Assembly: GCF_000020385.1 (NCBI RefSeq)
Contig: NC_010814.1
Location: 1,020,001-1,052,000, forward strand
DNA from: Trichlorobacter lovleyi SZ
GTDB lineage: Bacteria > Desulfobacterota > Desulfuromonadia > Geobacterales > Pseudopelobacteraceae
Reading direction: 5' to 3'
Length of the DNA stretch: 32,000 nucleotides
Within the stretch, counting starts at the first letter, position 1; every line of letters starts with the position of its first letter. The notes under the pieces are model-generated. The model was given only the letters and a program-made list of their open reading frames with translations. It did no database searches and was not told the DNA's origin. Positions 1 through 8,558 of this stretch are shown here, piece by piece. The translations under genes were made by a program, and so were the position numbers.

Positions 1-2742
1 ACCGACTTTCCGATGAAGGCCAACCTGTATCAGCGTGAGCCGGAGCTGCTCAAGCGCTGGCAGGAGCTGGACCTGTACGGAATGATTGAGGAGGCCGGCA
101 AGGACAAGCCGGTCTATATGCTGCATGACGGCCCTCCCTATGCCAACGGCCATACCCATATCGGCCACGCCCTGAACAAGACCCTGAAGGACATTGTGCT
201 GAAGGTCAAGCGGATGGAGGGGTTCCAGGCCCCCTATGTGCCGGGTTGGGATTGCCATGGCCTGCCGATTGAACTGCAGGTGGAGAAAAACCTGGGTTCA
301 AAAAAGCATCAGATGACCAAGGCCGAGATGCGCAAGGAATGCCGTGTCTATGCCAAAAAGTTTATCGATATCCAGAAAGAGGAGTTCAAGCGTCTGGGGG
401 TGCTGGGGGACTGGGATAATCCCTACATGACCATGACCAATGAGTATGAGGGATTGACCGCTGCCGAGCTGGCCAAGTTCGCCCACAACGGCGGACTGTA
501 CCGGGGCAAGAAACCGGTGCACTGGTGTTCTTCCTGTGTGACCGCCCTGGCTGAGGCCGAGGTTGAGTATGCTGACCACACCTCGCCATCCATCTTTGTC
601 AAATTTGCCCTGCAGGATGATGTAAGCGGCGCTATTCCGGCCCTGGCCGGCAAGCCGGTCTTTGTGGTGATCTGGACCACCACCCCCTGGACCATCCCGG
701 CCAACCTGGCCATAGCCATGCATCCTGAATACGATTACTGCGCGGTTGAGGTGGATGGGCAACTGCTGATCGTGGCTGAAGGGCTGAAGGATCAGTTTCT
801 GGCTGCCAACAACCTGTCCGGTGAGACCGTTGCCACCTTTAAGGCCGGCCTGCTGGAGCGCAAGCGCTGCAAACACCCTTTCTATGACCGTGATTCCATC
901 ATTCTGTTGGGTGAGCATGTTACCCTTGAGGCTGGTACCGGCTGCGTCCACACCGCCCCCGGCCATGGTCAGGACGACTATGAGCTTGGTCTGCGGGAAG
1001 GGCTGGAGATCTACAACCCGGTGGATAACCACGGCAAGTATATCGGCAACCTTGAGCTGTTTGGCGGAGAAAAGGTCTTTGAAGCCAATCCCAAGGTGAT
1101 TGAGAAGCTGCAGGAGGTCGGCGCCCTGGTGGGTGTCAGCAAGATTTCTCACTCCTACCCCCACTGCTGGCGTTGCAAGAAGCCGATCATCTTCCGGGCC
1201 ACCGAGCAGTGGTTCATCTCCATGGAGGCCAACGACCTTCGTAAGAAGTCGCTGGAGGCGATTGACAAGGTGCAGTGGATTCCCAAATGGGGCCGCGACC
1301 GGATCTACGGTATGGTAGAGAACCGCCCGGACTGGTGCATCTCCCGCCAGCGTTCCTGGGGGGTGCCGATCACCGCCTTCTCCTGTACTGACTGCGGTGA
1401 GTTCCTGGCTGACGGACCCACCATGGATCACGTGGCTGAGCTGTTCAAACAACACAGCTCCGATGTCTGGTTTGAGTGGGAGGCTGCCCAGCTGCTGCCT
1501 GCCGGAACCACCTGTTCCAAGTGCGGCGGTGCCGCCTTTGCCAAGGAAAATGACATCCTGGATGTCTGGTTTGATTCCGGCGTCTCCCATGCAGCTGTGC
1601 TGGAGCCTAACCCCAAACTTTCATCACCCGCTGACCTCTATCTGGAGGGCAGTGACCAGCATCGCGGCTGGTTCCATTCCTCCCTGCTGGAGTCTGTTGG
1701 TACCCGTGGCGTTGCCCCCTACAAGTCAGTGCTGACCCACGGCTTCGTGCTGGATGGCCAGGGGCGCAAGATGAGTAAATCCATGGGTAACGTGGTGGCG
1801 CCTGAAGATGTGATCAAGAAGTTCGGGGCCGATGTCCTGCGGCTCTGGTGCTCAGCCCAGGATTATCGCGATGACAACCGCATCTCTGAAGAGATCCTGA
1901 ACCGGGTGGCAGAGGCCTACCGCCGGATTCGTAACACCTGTCGCTTCATGCTGGGTAACCTGAATGATTTTGATCCGGCAACCGACAGTGTTGCCTTTGC
2001 TGACCTGATGCCGATTGACCGCCTGGCCCTGCACCATCTGGAACTGCTCAAGGAGCGGGTGCTGGCTGCTTATACCGAGTTTGAATTCCATGTAATCTAT
2101 CAGGCGATCAACTCCTTCTGTACCGTAGAGCTGAGCGCCCTGTATCTGGATATCCTCAAGGACCGCCTCTACACCAGTCGTAAGGATGCCCATGAGCGCC
2201 GCAGCAGCCAGACCGCCATGTATCTGATCACCGATACCCTGACCCGTCTGCTGGCACCGCTGATCTCCTTTACCGCTGATGAGATCTGGCAGTTCCTGCC
2301 GGGTGAGCGTGAGGCCAGTGTACATCTCTCGGCTTTCCCGAAACCGGCACCGGAGTACAAGGATGCAGGACTGGCCGGTACCTGGGCACGGTTGTTTGAT
2401 GTGCGGGCCGATGTACTCAAGGCACTGGAACTGAAGCGGGTGGAAAAGGTGATCGGCCATCCACTGGATGCGGCAGTCAGGCTGTCAGCCCCAGCGGCAA
2501 CCGTCGCCTTTATGAATGATTATCTGGATAAACTGCGGGCGATCTGCATTGTCTCCCGTTTGGACCTTGCGGAAGAGCTGTCTGGCGATGCCTATGACGG
2601 CACGGTGGTTGAAGGTTTGAAGGTGCTGGTGGAAAAGGCACCGGGTGAGAAGTGCGAGCGTTGCTGGTGCTACAGTGAAGAGCTGGGTAGCGATGCCGCA
2701 CACCCGACGATCTGCCCGAAATGTACGGCAGCGGTGGTATAG
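1..2742 (+). CDS. ileS: Isoleucine--tRNA ligase, 5'-partial (runs off the window start)
   Basis: The frame is open from nt 1 (T-D-F-P precedes the first Met at 13, matching the usual IleS N-terminus LPKTDFPMKANL). HIGH motif PPYANGHTHIGH and KMSKS motif GRKMSKSMGN are present. C-terminal CxxC...CxxC zinc knuckle (CERCWC ... CPKC). Confidence 0.97.
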   Translation, partial: TDFPMKANLYQREPELLKRWQELDLYGMIEEAGKDKPVYMLHDGPPYANGHTHIGHALNKTLKDIVLKVKRMEGFQAPYVPGWDCHGLPIELQVEKNLGSKKHQMTKAEMRKECRVYAKKFIDIQKEEFKRLGVLGDWDNPYMTMTNEYEGLTAAELAKFAHNGGLYRGKKPVHWCSSCVTALAEAEVEYADHTSPSIFVKFALQDDVSGAIPALAGKPVFVVIWTTTPWTIPANLAIAMHPEYDYCAVEVDGQLLIVAEGLKDQFLAANNLSGETVATFKAGLLERKRCKHPFYDRDSIILLGEHVTLEAGTGCVHTAPGHGQDDYELGLREGLEIYNPVDNHGKYIGNLELFGGEKVFEANPKVIEKLQEVGALVGVSKISHSYPHCWRCKKPIIFRATEQWFISMEANDLRKKSLEAIDKVQWIPKWGRDRIYGMVENRPDWCISRQRSWGVPITAFSCTDCGEFLADGPTMDHVAELFKQHSSDVWFEWEAAQLLPAGTTCSKCGGAAFAKENDILDVWFDSGVSHAAVLEPNPKLSSPADLYLEGSDQHRGWFHSSLLESVGTRGVAPYKSVLTHGFVLDGQGRKMSKSMGNVVAPEDVIKKFGADVLRLWCSAQDYRDDNRISEEILNRVAEAYRRIRNTCRFMLGNLNDFDPATDSVAFADLMPIDRLALHHLELLKERVLAAYTEFEFHVIYQAINSFCTVELSALYLDILKDRLYTSRKDAHERRSSQTAMYLITDTLTRLLAPLISFTADEIWQFLPGEREASVHLSAFPKPAPEYKDAGLAGTWARLFDVRADVLKALELKRVEKVIGHPLDAAVRLSAPAATVAFMNDYLDKLRAICIVSRLDLAEELSGDAYDGTVVEGLKVLVEKAPGEKCERCWCYSEELGSDAAHPTICPKCTAAVV

Positions 2743-2743
2743 C

Positions 2744-3232
2744 ATGAACCGTTGGGGGATCTTTTCCATTATTGCGATTGTCGGACTTGTGGTTGATCAG
2801 GCCACCAAGCTGTATGTTGACCGGGTCATGGCCCTGCACCAGTCCATTCCTGTGATTGACGGCCTGTTCAGCTTTACCTATCTGCGCAACCGGGGCGCTG
2901 CCTTCAGCTTCCTCTCCAACGTCTCCTGGCGGCTGCCGTTTTTTATCGGTATCACACTGGTTGCTGCGGTCGTAATCATCGTGGCCCTGAAGAAGATGCG
3001 TGACGATCAGAAACTGGCCCAGGCTGCCCTGGCAATGATCTTTTCCGGTGCCATCGGTAATCTGATTGACCGGGTGCGAATGGGTGAGGTGATTGACTTT
3101 CTGGATGTCTACTGGAAGAATCACCACTGGCCGGCCTTTAACGTGGCAGATTCTCTGATCTGTGTCGGTGTGGCCCTGGTGGCGCTTGACATGCTTAAGG
3201 AAGAACGCAACCAGCAGGCCCGCGCTGACTAG
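2744..3232 (+). CDS. lspA: Lipoprotein signal peptidase (signal peptidase II)
   Basis: ATG at 2744 lies 1 nt after the ileS stop (2740-2742), so the longer 2645 start would overlap ileS. Hydrophobic 4-TM profile. LspA motifs NRGAAFSF, GNLIDR and FNVAD. Classical ileS-lspA linkage. Confidence 0.93.
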   Translation: MNRWGIFSIIAIVGLVVDQATKLYVDRVMALHQSIPVIDGLFSFTYLRNRGAAFSFLSNVSWRLPFFIGITLVAAVVIIVALKKMRDDQKLAQAALAMIFSGAIGNLIDRVRMGEVIDFLDVYWKNHHWPAFNVADSLICVGVALVALDMLKEERNQQARAD

Positions 3233-3263
3233 CCTGCTGGCTGCCCTGTTTCAAAAAGCCTGA

Positions 3264-3293
3264 TTGGAAACTGTCGGGATTGTGTGCTACTAT
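3264..3293 (+). promoter_or_regulatory. Candidate sigma70-type promoter for the small ORF at 3331
   Basis: TTGGAA (3264-3269), 18-nt spacer, TACTAT (3288-3293) preceded by TGc (extended -10 like). Read by eye only. Confidence 0.3.
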
Positions 3294-3330
3294 GGTGAAC
3301 ACGTGGTGAAACTGAAACAGGAGGAAGCCC

Positions 3331-3540
3331 ATGCCGGTATTTGTAGAAGCAATTATGGTTGTGCTGATCATGCTGGCGTGCTTCTTCGGGGTTTTTTTGC
3401 TCCTGTTTTTGTTCGCACTGGCCCTCTTTCCGGTGGAGAAGTCTCTTTCCAAGATGGTCTGGGACATGACGGCACCGCCACGGACAAAGCAGGCACCACA
3501 GGGCGGTTTCAAGGGGTTCAGCGAAAAACATCGTTCCTGA
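3331..3540 (+). CDS. Small membrane protein (69 aa), unknown function
   Basis: Strong SD (caGGAGGaagccc-ATG). The N-terminal ~35 residues are almost entirely hydrophobic (VFVEAIMVVLIMLACFFGVFLLLFLFALALF), followed by a basic/Pro-rich tail. A strong hairpin lies downstream. Confidence 0.5.
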   Translation: MPVFVEAIMVVLIMLACFFGVFLLLFLFALALFPVEKSLSKMVWDMTAPPRTKQAPQGGFKGFSEKHRS

Positions 3541-3571
3541 CAGGCTTTTTAATCAGCCTGATAGCGTTGGC

Positions 3572-3599
3572 AAGGGGCACCTGATTTCAGGTGCCCCTT
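3572..3599. terminator. Strong GC-rich hairpin between convergent genes
   Basis: aaggggcacctga / tcaggtgcccctt, an 11-13 bp perfect stem. It sits between the stop of 3331..3540 (+) and the stop of 3611..4021 (-). The U-tract is weak on both strands. Confidence 0.55.
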
Positions 3600-3610
3600 G
3601 CTTGTTCAGC

Positions 3611-4021
3611 TCAGTCCAGGTCGCCGGTGATCCGTTGCAGCTCGTACAGCTTGACATTAACCCCGCTGACACAGGCAATGATCTCCTTGAGGCTGGCTTC
3701 ATCCACGCCGCACTCCTCATCAGTCCCCTGAAAAAAAGGGTACCCTTTAGGGAGCGGCGTCAATTCGCCATCCTTCAGCAGCATCACATCCACCAGGTCA
3801 TTGACCCGGCCGGTCGCCTCCCAGGGATCGCGATAGTTGAACTGGCGGGCAACGATATGCATTCCCATTCCGTTGGGAAAGATCGCCTTGGCCTCAAAGG
3901 AAAACTCACGGGGCGCACTGTAATGCTCGGAACGGCCGGAACGGGCCATGACCTGCGCCCCGGCAGCCTCCAGCAATGCGCGGACAGAATCGTCGGTCAT
4001 CGGTTGTAAAGGTGTCTCCAT
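3611..4021 (-). CDS. Hypothetical protein (136 aa), no family recognised
   Basis: Good SD (GAGAGGAtgacat-ATG) upstream of the 4021 start. Coding-like composition. No motif I can name. Confidence 0.6.
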   Translation of the reverse strand: METPLQPMTDDSVRALLEAAGAQVMARSGRSEHYSAPREFSFEAKAIFPNGMGMHIVARQFNYRDPWEATGRVNDLVDVMLLKDGELTPLPKGYPFFQGTDEECGVDEASLKEIIACVSGVNVKLYELQRITGDLD

Positions 4022-4987
4022 ATGTCATCCTCTCACACAGAACAGTTGCAAGCAGCCTACCCGAAAGCAAGGTCTGACTGCAAGTACGAGATGCAGCCCT
4101 GGCCGGTAGGCCGGGATACCGGCCCCGAGGCACAATTGAAAACTGCTGCCTTGCGCGAAGGAGCGTCTTTGGCGGTGGTGGCCGGTTTTCAGGAGCTGGT
4201 GTATCAATTCTACTGTGAGCAGGGGCGTCAGCTGCCCTGGCGGGAAGGGACTGCCCCCGATCCCTACCGGGTGCTGGTGTCGGAGGTGATGCTGCAGCAG
4301 ACCCAGGTGGATCGGGTAATTCCCAGGTTTACCGCTTTTGTGCAGCAATTTCCTGATCCGCAAAGCCTCGCCGGTGCATCAACGCCTCAAGTGCTGGCAG
4401 CCTGGCAGGGGCTGGGCTACAACCGCCGGGCCCTGAACCTGCAGCGGGCAGCCCGGATGATTGTTGACCTTTGGGGGGGCAGGGTGCCGGAAGACCCGGT
4501 CCTGTTGCAACAACTGCCCGGTATCGGCCCTTATACTGCCGGTGCTGTTGCCGCCTTTGCCTTCAACCGTCCTCAGGTTTTCCTGGAAACCAACATCCGG
4601 GCCGTACTGCTGCATTTCTTCTTTGCAGATCAGGAAGGGATCACCGATAAACAGCTGCTGCCGGTTGTGGAGGCGGTTCTGGACAGGGCAGAACCGCGCA
4701 CCTGGTACAACGCCTTGATGGATTACGGCAGTGACCTGAAACGCCGCTTTCCCAACCCATCCCGACGTAGTTGTCATCATACCGTGCAGAGCCGGTTTGA
4801 AGGTTCAGACCGTCAGATCCGGGGAGCGGTGCTGCGGCTGTTGCTGGGGAGTAACGGGGTGGCGATAACCGTGATACAGAAACAGCTGGATGTTGAAGCA
4901 GAACGGTTAAAGCGGATTCTGGAGGGAATGGTGAAGGATGGCTTTGTGCAGAAAACGGGTAGAAAGCTGATCATACCGTCAACCTGA
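4022..4987 (+). CDS. HhH-GPD superfamily DNA glycosylase, MutY-like core with a C-terminal winged-helix-like tail; start uncertain
   Basis: MutY-type motifs: LPWRE..DPYRVLVSEVMLQQTQV and the helix-hairpin-helix LPGIGPYTAGAV. Only one Cys where the Fe-S cluster loop would be. The maximal ORF starts at 4022, directly abutting the divergent ATG at 4021. In-frame TTG 4169 / GTG 4175 / GTG 4178 behind the SD GAAGGAG (4157-4163) are plausible true starts. Confidence 0.8.
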   Translation: MSSSHTEQLQAAYPKARSDCKYEMQPWPVGRDTGPEAQLKTAALREGASLAVVAGFQELVYQFYCEQGRQLPWREGTAPDPYRVLVSEVMLQQTQVDRVIPRFTAFVQQFPDPQSLAGASTPQVLAAWQGLGYNRRALNLQRAARMIVDLWGGRVPEDPVLLQQLPGIGPYTAGAVAAFAFNRPQVFLETNIRAVLLHFFFADQEGITDKQLLPVVEAVLDRAEPRTWYNALMDYGSDLKRRFPNPSRRSCHHTVQSRFEGSDRQIRGAVLRLLLGSNGVAITVIQKQLDVEAERLKRILEGMVKDGFVQKTGRKLIIPST

Positions 4988-6143
4988 GTTCCACTCCCCA
5001 GGGGGCCGGTTTTTCCCCTTCCCGGGTCAGCACCCAGAGGGTCGGGAAAGAGATCTGTTCCGGTACCGGGCCGACGCCGTCGGTCAGGTAGATCACAGCG
5101 GCAGGCAGGGGATGCATGGTTTGTGCATACTCAAAGACCGGACGCAGGTCGGTAAAACCGCCACCATCGTAACGTTGCGCCACAAACGCTGCACTGCTGA
5201 AGGTTTCGATCTGCTGGATGCGGCTGTTGGCGTACAGTACCGTGATGCTGCAGTCCCGGCCGCGGGCCAGATTGACCAGCTCTGCCGCAAAGGCCTCCCG
5301 CAGTGCCACGATGTTGGTGGAGTCGCTGACATCAATCCCCACCAGCAGGTTCAGTTTGCGCCTCTTGCGAACGCCCGGTGTCTCGTGGGCAAAGCGACGG
5401 TGTTCCCGCATCCAGGTGTTGCTGCGGCCGGTCCGTCCGGCAGTGGCGATAAACTGGCGCAGGATCTGGCGCCAGGGGATCGGTGCCGGGTGCAGAAGGC
5501 TGTCGACCACAGCACGTACATCTGCCGGAGTCTCGCCGTCACTGCCTCGCAGGGCATCCCGTACCATGCTGCGCAGCATCTCTTCCGCCAGTGTGACCGG
5601 GGTGCTGTCGCTTTCCTGCCAGGCATCATGATCATCAATGGCTTCAGCCTCGTGCAGCTGCCGGCCTGAACCGTTTCCGTCAATCCCGCTGCTGGCCTGT
5701 TCAGCTCTGCCTGCGCCGCTGCCCTCCTCGTTGCCCATGTCAAAGGCAGGAACAATCAGGTCGTAATACTCTTCCGCCGACAGCCCCGGCTCCAGTCTGA
5801 AATTTTCAGGGTACAGTGCGCCTGCCGGTAGTCCGGCAATGGTCGGATTAATGGCCAGATCGCAGGCCACATCCCAGTCATGGGGGGTGCGCTCACGGCG
5901 CCGCAGCGGGTGCAGGTGCAGCAGGTGCTTGAGCAGGTGCTCCAGCAACGCTTCCTGTTCAGCCGGTTCAAGGGCGCTGAAGGAGGTTTCTGCTACGGAT
6001 AAAAGCGGAATGCCGTCCCGGATGGTGATGGCGGCAGAGCGGTCCTGCTTCTGCAACGGGGCACGCCGCAGTTGCAAGAGCAGGTGGCCGTAGAACGGTT
6101 TCTGCTTCAGCAGGCGGATAATGGCATTCTCAAGGGTGCGCAT
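4971..6143 (-). CDS. DUF2201-type protein: N-terminal putative metallopeptidase-like domain plus C-terminal VWA domain
   Basis: N-terminus KQKPFYGHLLLQL and the H-rich helix LEHLLKHLLHLH resemble DUF2201_N. The C-terminal half has a MIDAS-like D-x-S-x-S (GIDVSDST) and a VWA-like beta-alpha pattern. The 3' end overlaps the convergent glycosylase gene by 17 nt. Confidence 0.75.
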   Translation of the reverse strand: MRTLENAIIRLLKQKPFYGHLLLQLRRAPLQKQDRSAAITIRDGIPLLSVAETSFSALEPAEQEALLEHLLKHLLHLHPLRRRERTPHDWDVACDLAINPTIAGLPAGALYPENFRLEPGLSAEEYYDLIVPAFDMGNEEGSGAGRAEQASSGIDGNGSGRQLHEAEAIDDHDAWQESDSTPVTLAEEMLRSMVRDALRGSDGETPADVRAVVDSLLHPAPIPWRQILRQFIATAGRTGRSNTWMREHRRFAHETPGVRKRRKLNLLVGIDVSDSTNIVALREAFAAELVNLARGRDCSITVLYANSRIQQIETFSSAAFVAQRYDGGGFTDLRPVFEYAQTMHPLPAAVIYLTDGVGPVPEQISFPTLWVLTREGEKPAPWGVELRLTV

Positions 6144-6145
6144 GG

Positions 6146-6181
6146 TTTGACAGGGTAGCGAAAGCCGGCAATCCTGTCAAA
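6146..6181. promoter_or_regulatory. 9-bp perfect inverted repeat in a divergent intergenic region (possible operator)
   Basis: tttgacagg (6146-6154) and cctgtcaaa (6173-6181). The left arm contains a TTGACA hexamer. It lies between the DUF2201 gene start and the ppiB start. Confidence 0.25.
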
Positions 6182-6278
6182 GAGTCAAATTGGCTTTTCC
6201 GGCAGCGCCAGCTGTGCTATACAGAACGATCACAATAATTATACAGCAACCGGCTTGAACGGTGACAGGAGGCGTACA

Positions 6279-6794
6279 ATGGCAGATGAGAACTTTCCCA
6301 GGGTAGTGCTTGAGACCAGCAAGGGTGCCATCACCCTTGAACTGAATAAGGAGAAGGCCCCGATCACGGTCAAGAACTTTCTGGGCTATGTGAAGGATGG
6401 CTACTATGACGGCCTGATCTTTCACCGCGTGATCAAAGACTTCATGATCCAGGGCGGCGGCATGGATGCCGACATGCAGCCCAAAAAGACCAAGTTCGCT
6501 ATCAAGAACGAGGCCCAGAACGGCCTGAAGAACGTACGTGGCAGCGTGGCCATGGCCCGTACCGCACTGGTCGATTCAGCCACCTCGCAGTTCTTCATCA
6601 ACACCGTGGACAACGCCTTTCTGGACAACAAGGGCAAGCGCCAGGACGACTTCGGCTACTGCGTGTTCGGCAAGGTGGTTGAAGGGATAGAGGTGGTGGA
6701 CGAGATCCGCCAGGTCAAGACCGGCAACAAGGGCGGTCATGGCGATGTGCCGCTGGAGCCGGTTACCATCATCTCTGCCAAACTGGTTGAGTAG
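6279..6794 (+). CDS. ppiB: Peptidyl-prolyl cis-trans isomerase, cyclophilin type (no signal peptide)
   Basis: Cyclophilin signatures [20 protein letters not shown] and SQFFIN. SD AGGAGG lies 6 nt before the ATG at 6279, preferred over the longer 6255 start. Confidence 0.92.
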   Translation: MADENFPRVVLETSKGAITLELNKEKAPITVKNFLGYVKDGYYDGLIFHRVIKDFMIQGGGMDADMQPKKTKFAIKNEAQNGLKNVRGSVAMARTALVDSATSQFFINTVDNAFLDNKGKRQDDFGYCVFGKVVEGIEVVDEIRQVKTGNKGGHGDVPLEPVTIISAKLVE

Positions 6795-6820
6795 GAAATA
6801 ACGCAGATCTTTTATTGAGA

Positions 6821-6850
6821 AAGGCCGGTGAACGCTCACCGGCCTTTTGT
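6821..6850. terminator. Rho-independent terminator, bidirectional position
   Basis: aaggccggtga-acgc-tcaccggcctt followed by tttgt. It lies between the ppiB stop (+) and the OMP gene stop (-). Confidence 0.75.
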
Positions 6851-6870
6851 GTCTGTAGCCCTGAGGTGTT

Positions 6871-7374
6871 TTAGAACCTGAACCAGATCCCGCCCAGCAG
6901 CTGGGTCTGACGGTCATTGATCAGGCGCCGGGCCTCAATGTTGAGGCTCAGTTTTGGCAATGGCAGGGAGATATCGGCCCCGCCCTGGACCGTCATGGTG
7001 CCGGAGTGCTCTTCGCCGCGGTCCAGCTGGTTTGGTGAGGAGATGTTGTTGACGCTGTAGTAGAGTACCCCGATCCCTGCATACGGTTTGACAAACGGGA
7101 TCAGCGGCAGGTGGGCATTGGCATAGCCTCCCAGCGGCATGGTGTCGGCCTTTTTGTAATACAGCCCCTTGTCATAGCGCAGGTTGGCATAGCCCAGCGA
7201 GGCTCCCAGGCTGAGGAAGGGGATCGGGAAATAGCGGGCGGCAATTTCAAGGTTGTTGCCATCCTGTTCAATCGTGCGTCCGTAGCGGGCACCGACATCA
7301 AGGCTGCCGGCGGTGGCAAGGCCGCTGATACAGATGGTTGCGGCAACGGTCAGAAGTGCGGTTCCAAGTTTCAT
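6871..7374 (-). CDS. Small outer-membrane beta-barrel protein (OMP_b-brl / OmpX-W-like)
   Basis: Sec signal peptide MKLGTALLTVAATICISGLATA. Alternating amphipathic strands rich in G/Y/A. C-terminal aromatic OMP signature ...GGIWFRF. Confidence 0.75.
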   Translation of the reverse strand: MKLGTALLTVAATICISGLATAGSLDVGARYGRTIEQDGNNLEIAARYFPIPFLSLGASLGYANLRYDKGLYYKKADTMPLGGYANAHLPLIPFVKPYAGIGVLYYSVNNISSPNQLDRGEEHSGTMTVQGGADISLPLPKLSLNIEARRLINDRQTQLLGGIWFRF

Positions 7375-7476
7375 GGGTGGCTCCTTGTTTGAGATAAATG
7401 CTGATGCTTCTCAGTATAGCCTTTTTTCGTCATGCAGCAAGAGGGGCGCTGTCAAGAACCGGGGGGCTGCCGTGCC

Positions 7477-8499
7477 TCACTCAAACAGGCCGCCAAAAAA
7501 GTTGCTGTTGTATTTGGTTTTGACGGCCAGTCCGGGCATGACCAGGGAGGAATACTCTTCCGGGATGATGATAATGCTCCGGTCATTTTGCAGGTCCGTA
7601 TCCGCAATTTTCACATCGGCAATCTTCTGGTTTGTGAGCCGTTCGACTTTTTTGACTCGATCGACCTCTTTTGTGTAGCGGATCAGCTCGACATCATCGC
7701 CACCCTTAACCCCGTCAAGCCTGCCAAGATTGACGTAGGCGATCCGTCTGCCGTCAGAAGCGGTCATGGTCCGGTAGAGGTAACCGTAGCGGGGAAACGC
7801 CTCAATCAGCGGCCTTTTTGCCTTGCTGACGGCATTGGCAACCGCCTGAGTCAGCACGGCTACCGGGTTGCCGACACGGCAGGCATACTGTGCGGTCACC
7901 GCAAAGGAGTTGCTGACGCTGCCGGTAAACGGTTCAAACGCCTGGGCCACCGAGCCTGTTGAGGCCTGGATCACCCTGATATTGACCGTGGCGGAACCTT
8001 TGACCGTGCAGGATGGTTTTGAGGTGCTGCATTTTCCTTTGCTGTCACAGCTGGTCTGGCTCGGGGTAAACTTTGCGCCGGTGGCCGGGTTGGTTATTGA
8101 ACCAAGCACGATATAGTCAATGCCGTTGACCATACTTCTGATTTCAGAGAAATCGGCACTCAGATCCAGCGACCAGACAAATTTCTTTTCGTCAAAAATC
8201 CTCTGCGCCTGGCTGCGTTCAACCACCTCCATGCCGCAGCCTTTCGCGGCAATCTGGGTAATCCCCTCCTGCGCGCCGGGACTCAGACGACCGGCATATT
8301 CGGGGGGCTCGCCGAGCGGCAGTATGGCCACCTTGGGCTGCTTCTTGTCAATGACATGCTGGGGCGGGAGGGTCTCTGCCACTTTCCGGTCCAGCTCGGA
8401 CTCTTTGAATGAGCCGACTTCCACGGTATGTGCGCAGCCGGAGAGACCAGAGGCAATGCCCAGGCCCAATAGACAGCCGATGATGCTTTTCATCTTCAT
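7477..8499 (-). CDS. Lipoprotein, CsgG/HfaB-like fold with an extra C-terminal beta-rich domain (putative)
   Basis: Lipobox LSG-C in MKMKSIIGCLLGLGIASGLSGC. The CsgG-like pattern is VAILPL...EVVERSQ...DYIVLGSITN...VNIRVIQASTG. A Cys-rich insertion (SCDSKGKCSTSKPSC) is present. The family call is from pattern memory only. Confidence 0.55.
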   Translation of the reverse strand: MKMKSIIGCLLGLGIASGLSGCAHTVEVGSFKESELDRKVAETLPPQHVIDKKQPKVAILPLGEPPEYAGRLSPGAQEGITQIAAKGCGMEVVERSQAQRIFDEKKFVWSLDLSADFSEIRSMVNGIDYIVLGSITNPATGAKFTPSQTSCDSKGKCSTSKPSCTVKGSATVNIRVIQASTGSVAQAFEPFTGSVSNSFAVTAQYACRVGNPVAVLTQAVANAVSKAKRPLIEAFPRYGYLYRTMTASDGRRIAYVNLGRLDGVKGGDDVELIRYTKEVDRVKKVERLTNQKIADVKIADTDLQNDRSIIIIPEEYSSLVMPGLAVKTKYNSNFFGGLFE

Positions 8500-8558
8500 A
8501 CGTACGGACCTTTCCTGTACAGCCTGCCCGGACGGGTGTAGCCCGGTGGACCGGAGGG

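Noticed and set aside
298-1590. 430-aa ORF antisense to ileS, and many similar long antisense or alternate-frame ORFs in the track (e.g. 9105..9884 +, 11165..11836 +, 19510..20316 +, 14315..14857 +, 17706..18233 -, 2510..3127 -).
   Set aside because: They lie entirely inside genes with unambiguous conserved motifs on the other strand or frame. They have Arg/Gly/Pro/Ala-rich low-complexity translations typical of open frames in high-G+C DNA, and they lack SD sequences.
3195-3584. Alternative ORFs around the small membrane peptide (3195..3512 -, 3229..3531 -, 3264..3584 +).
   Set aside because: They are mutually exclusive with the 3331..3540 ORF, which alone has a strong SD and a coherent TM segment. 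The confidence in that ORF is itself only moderate.
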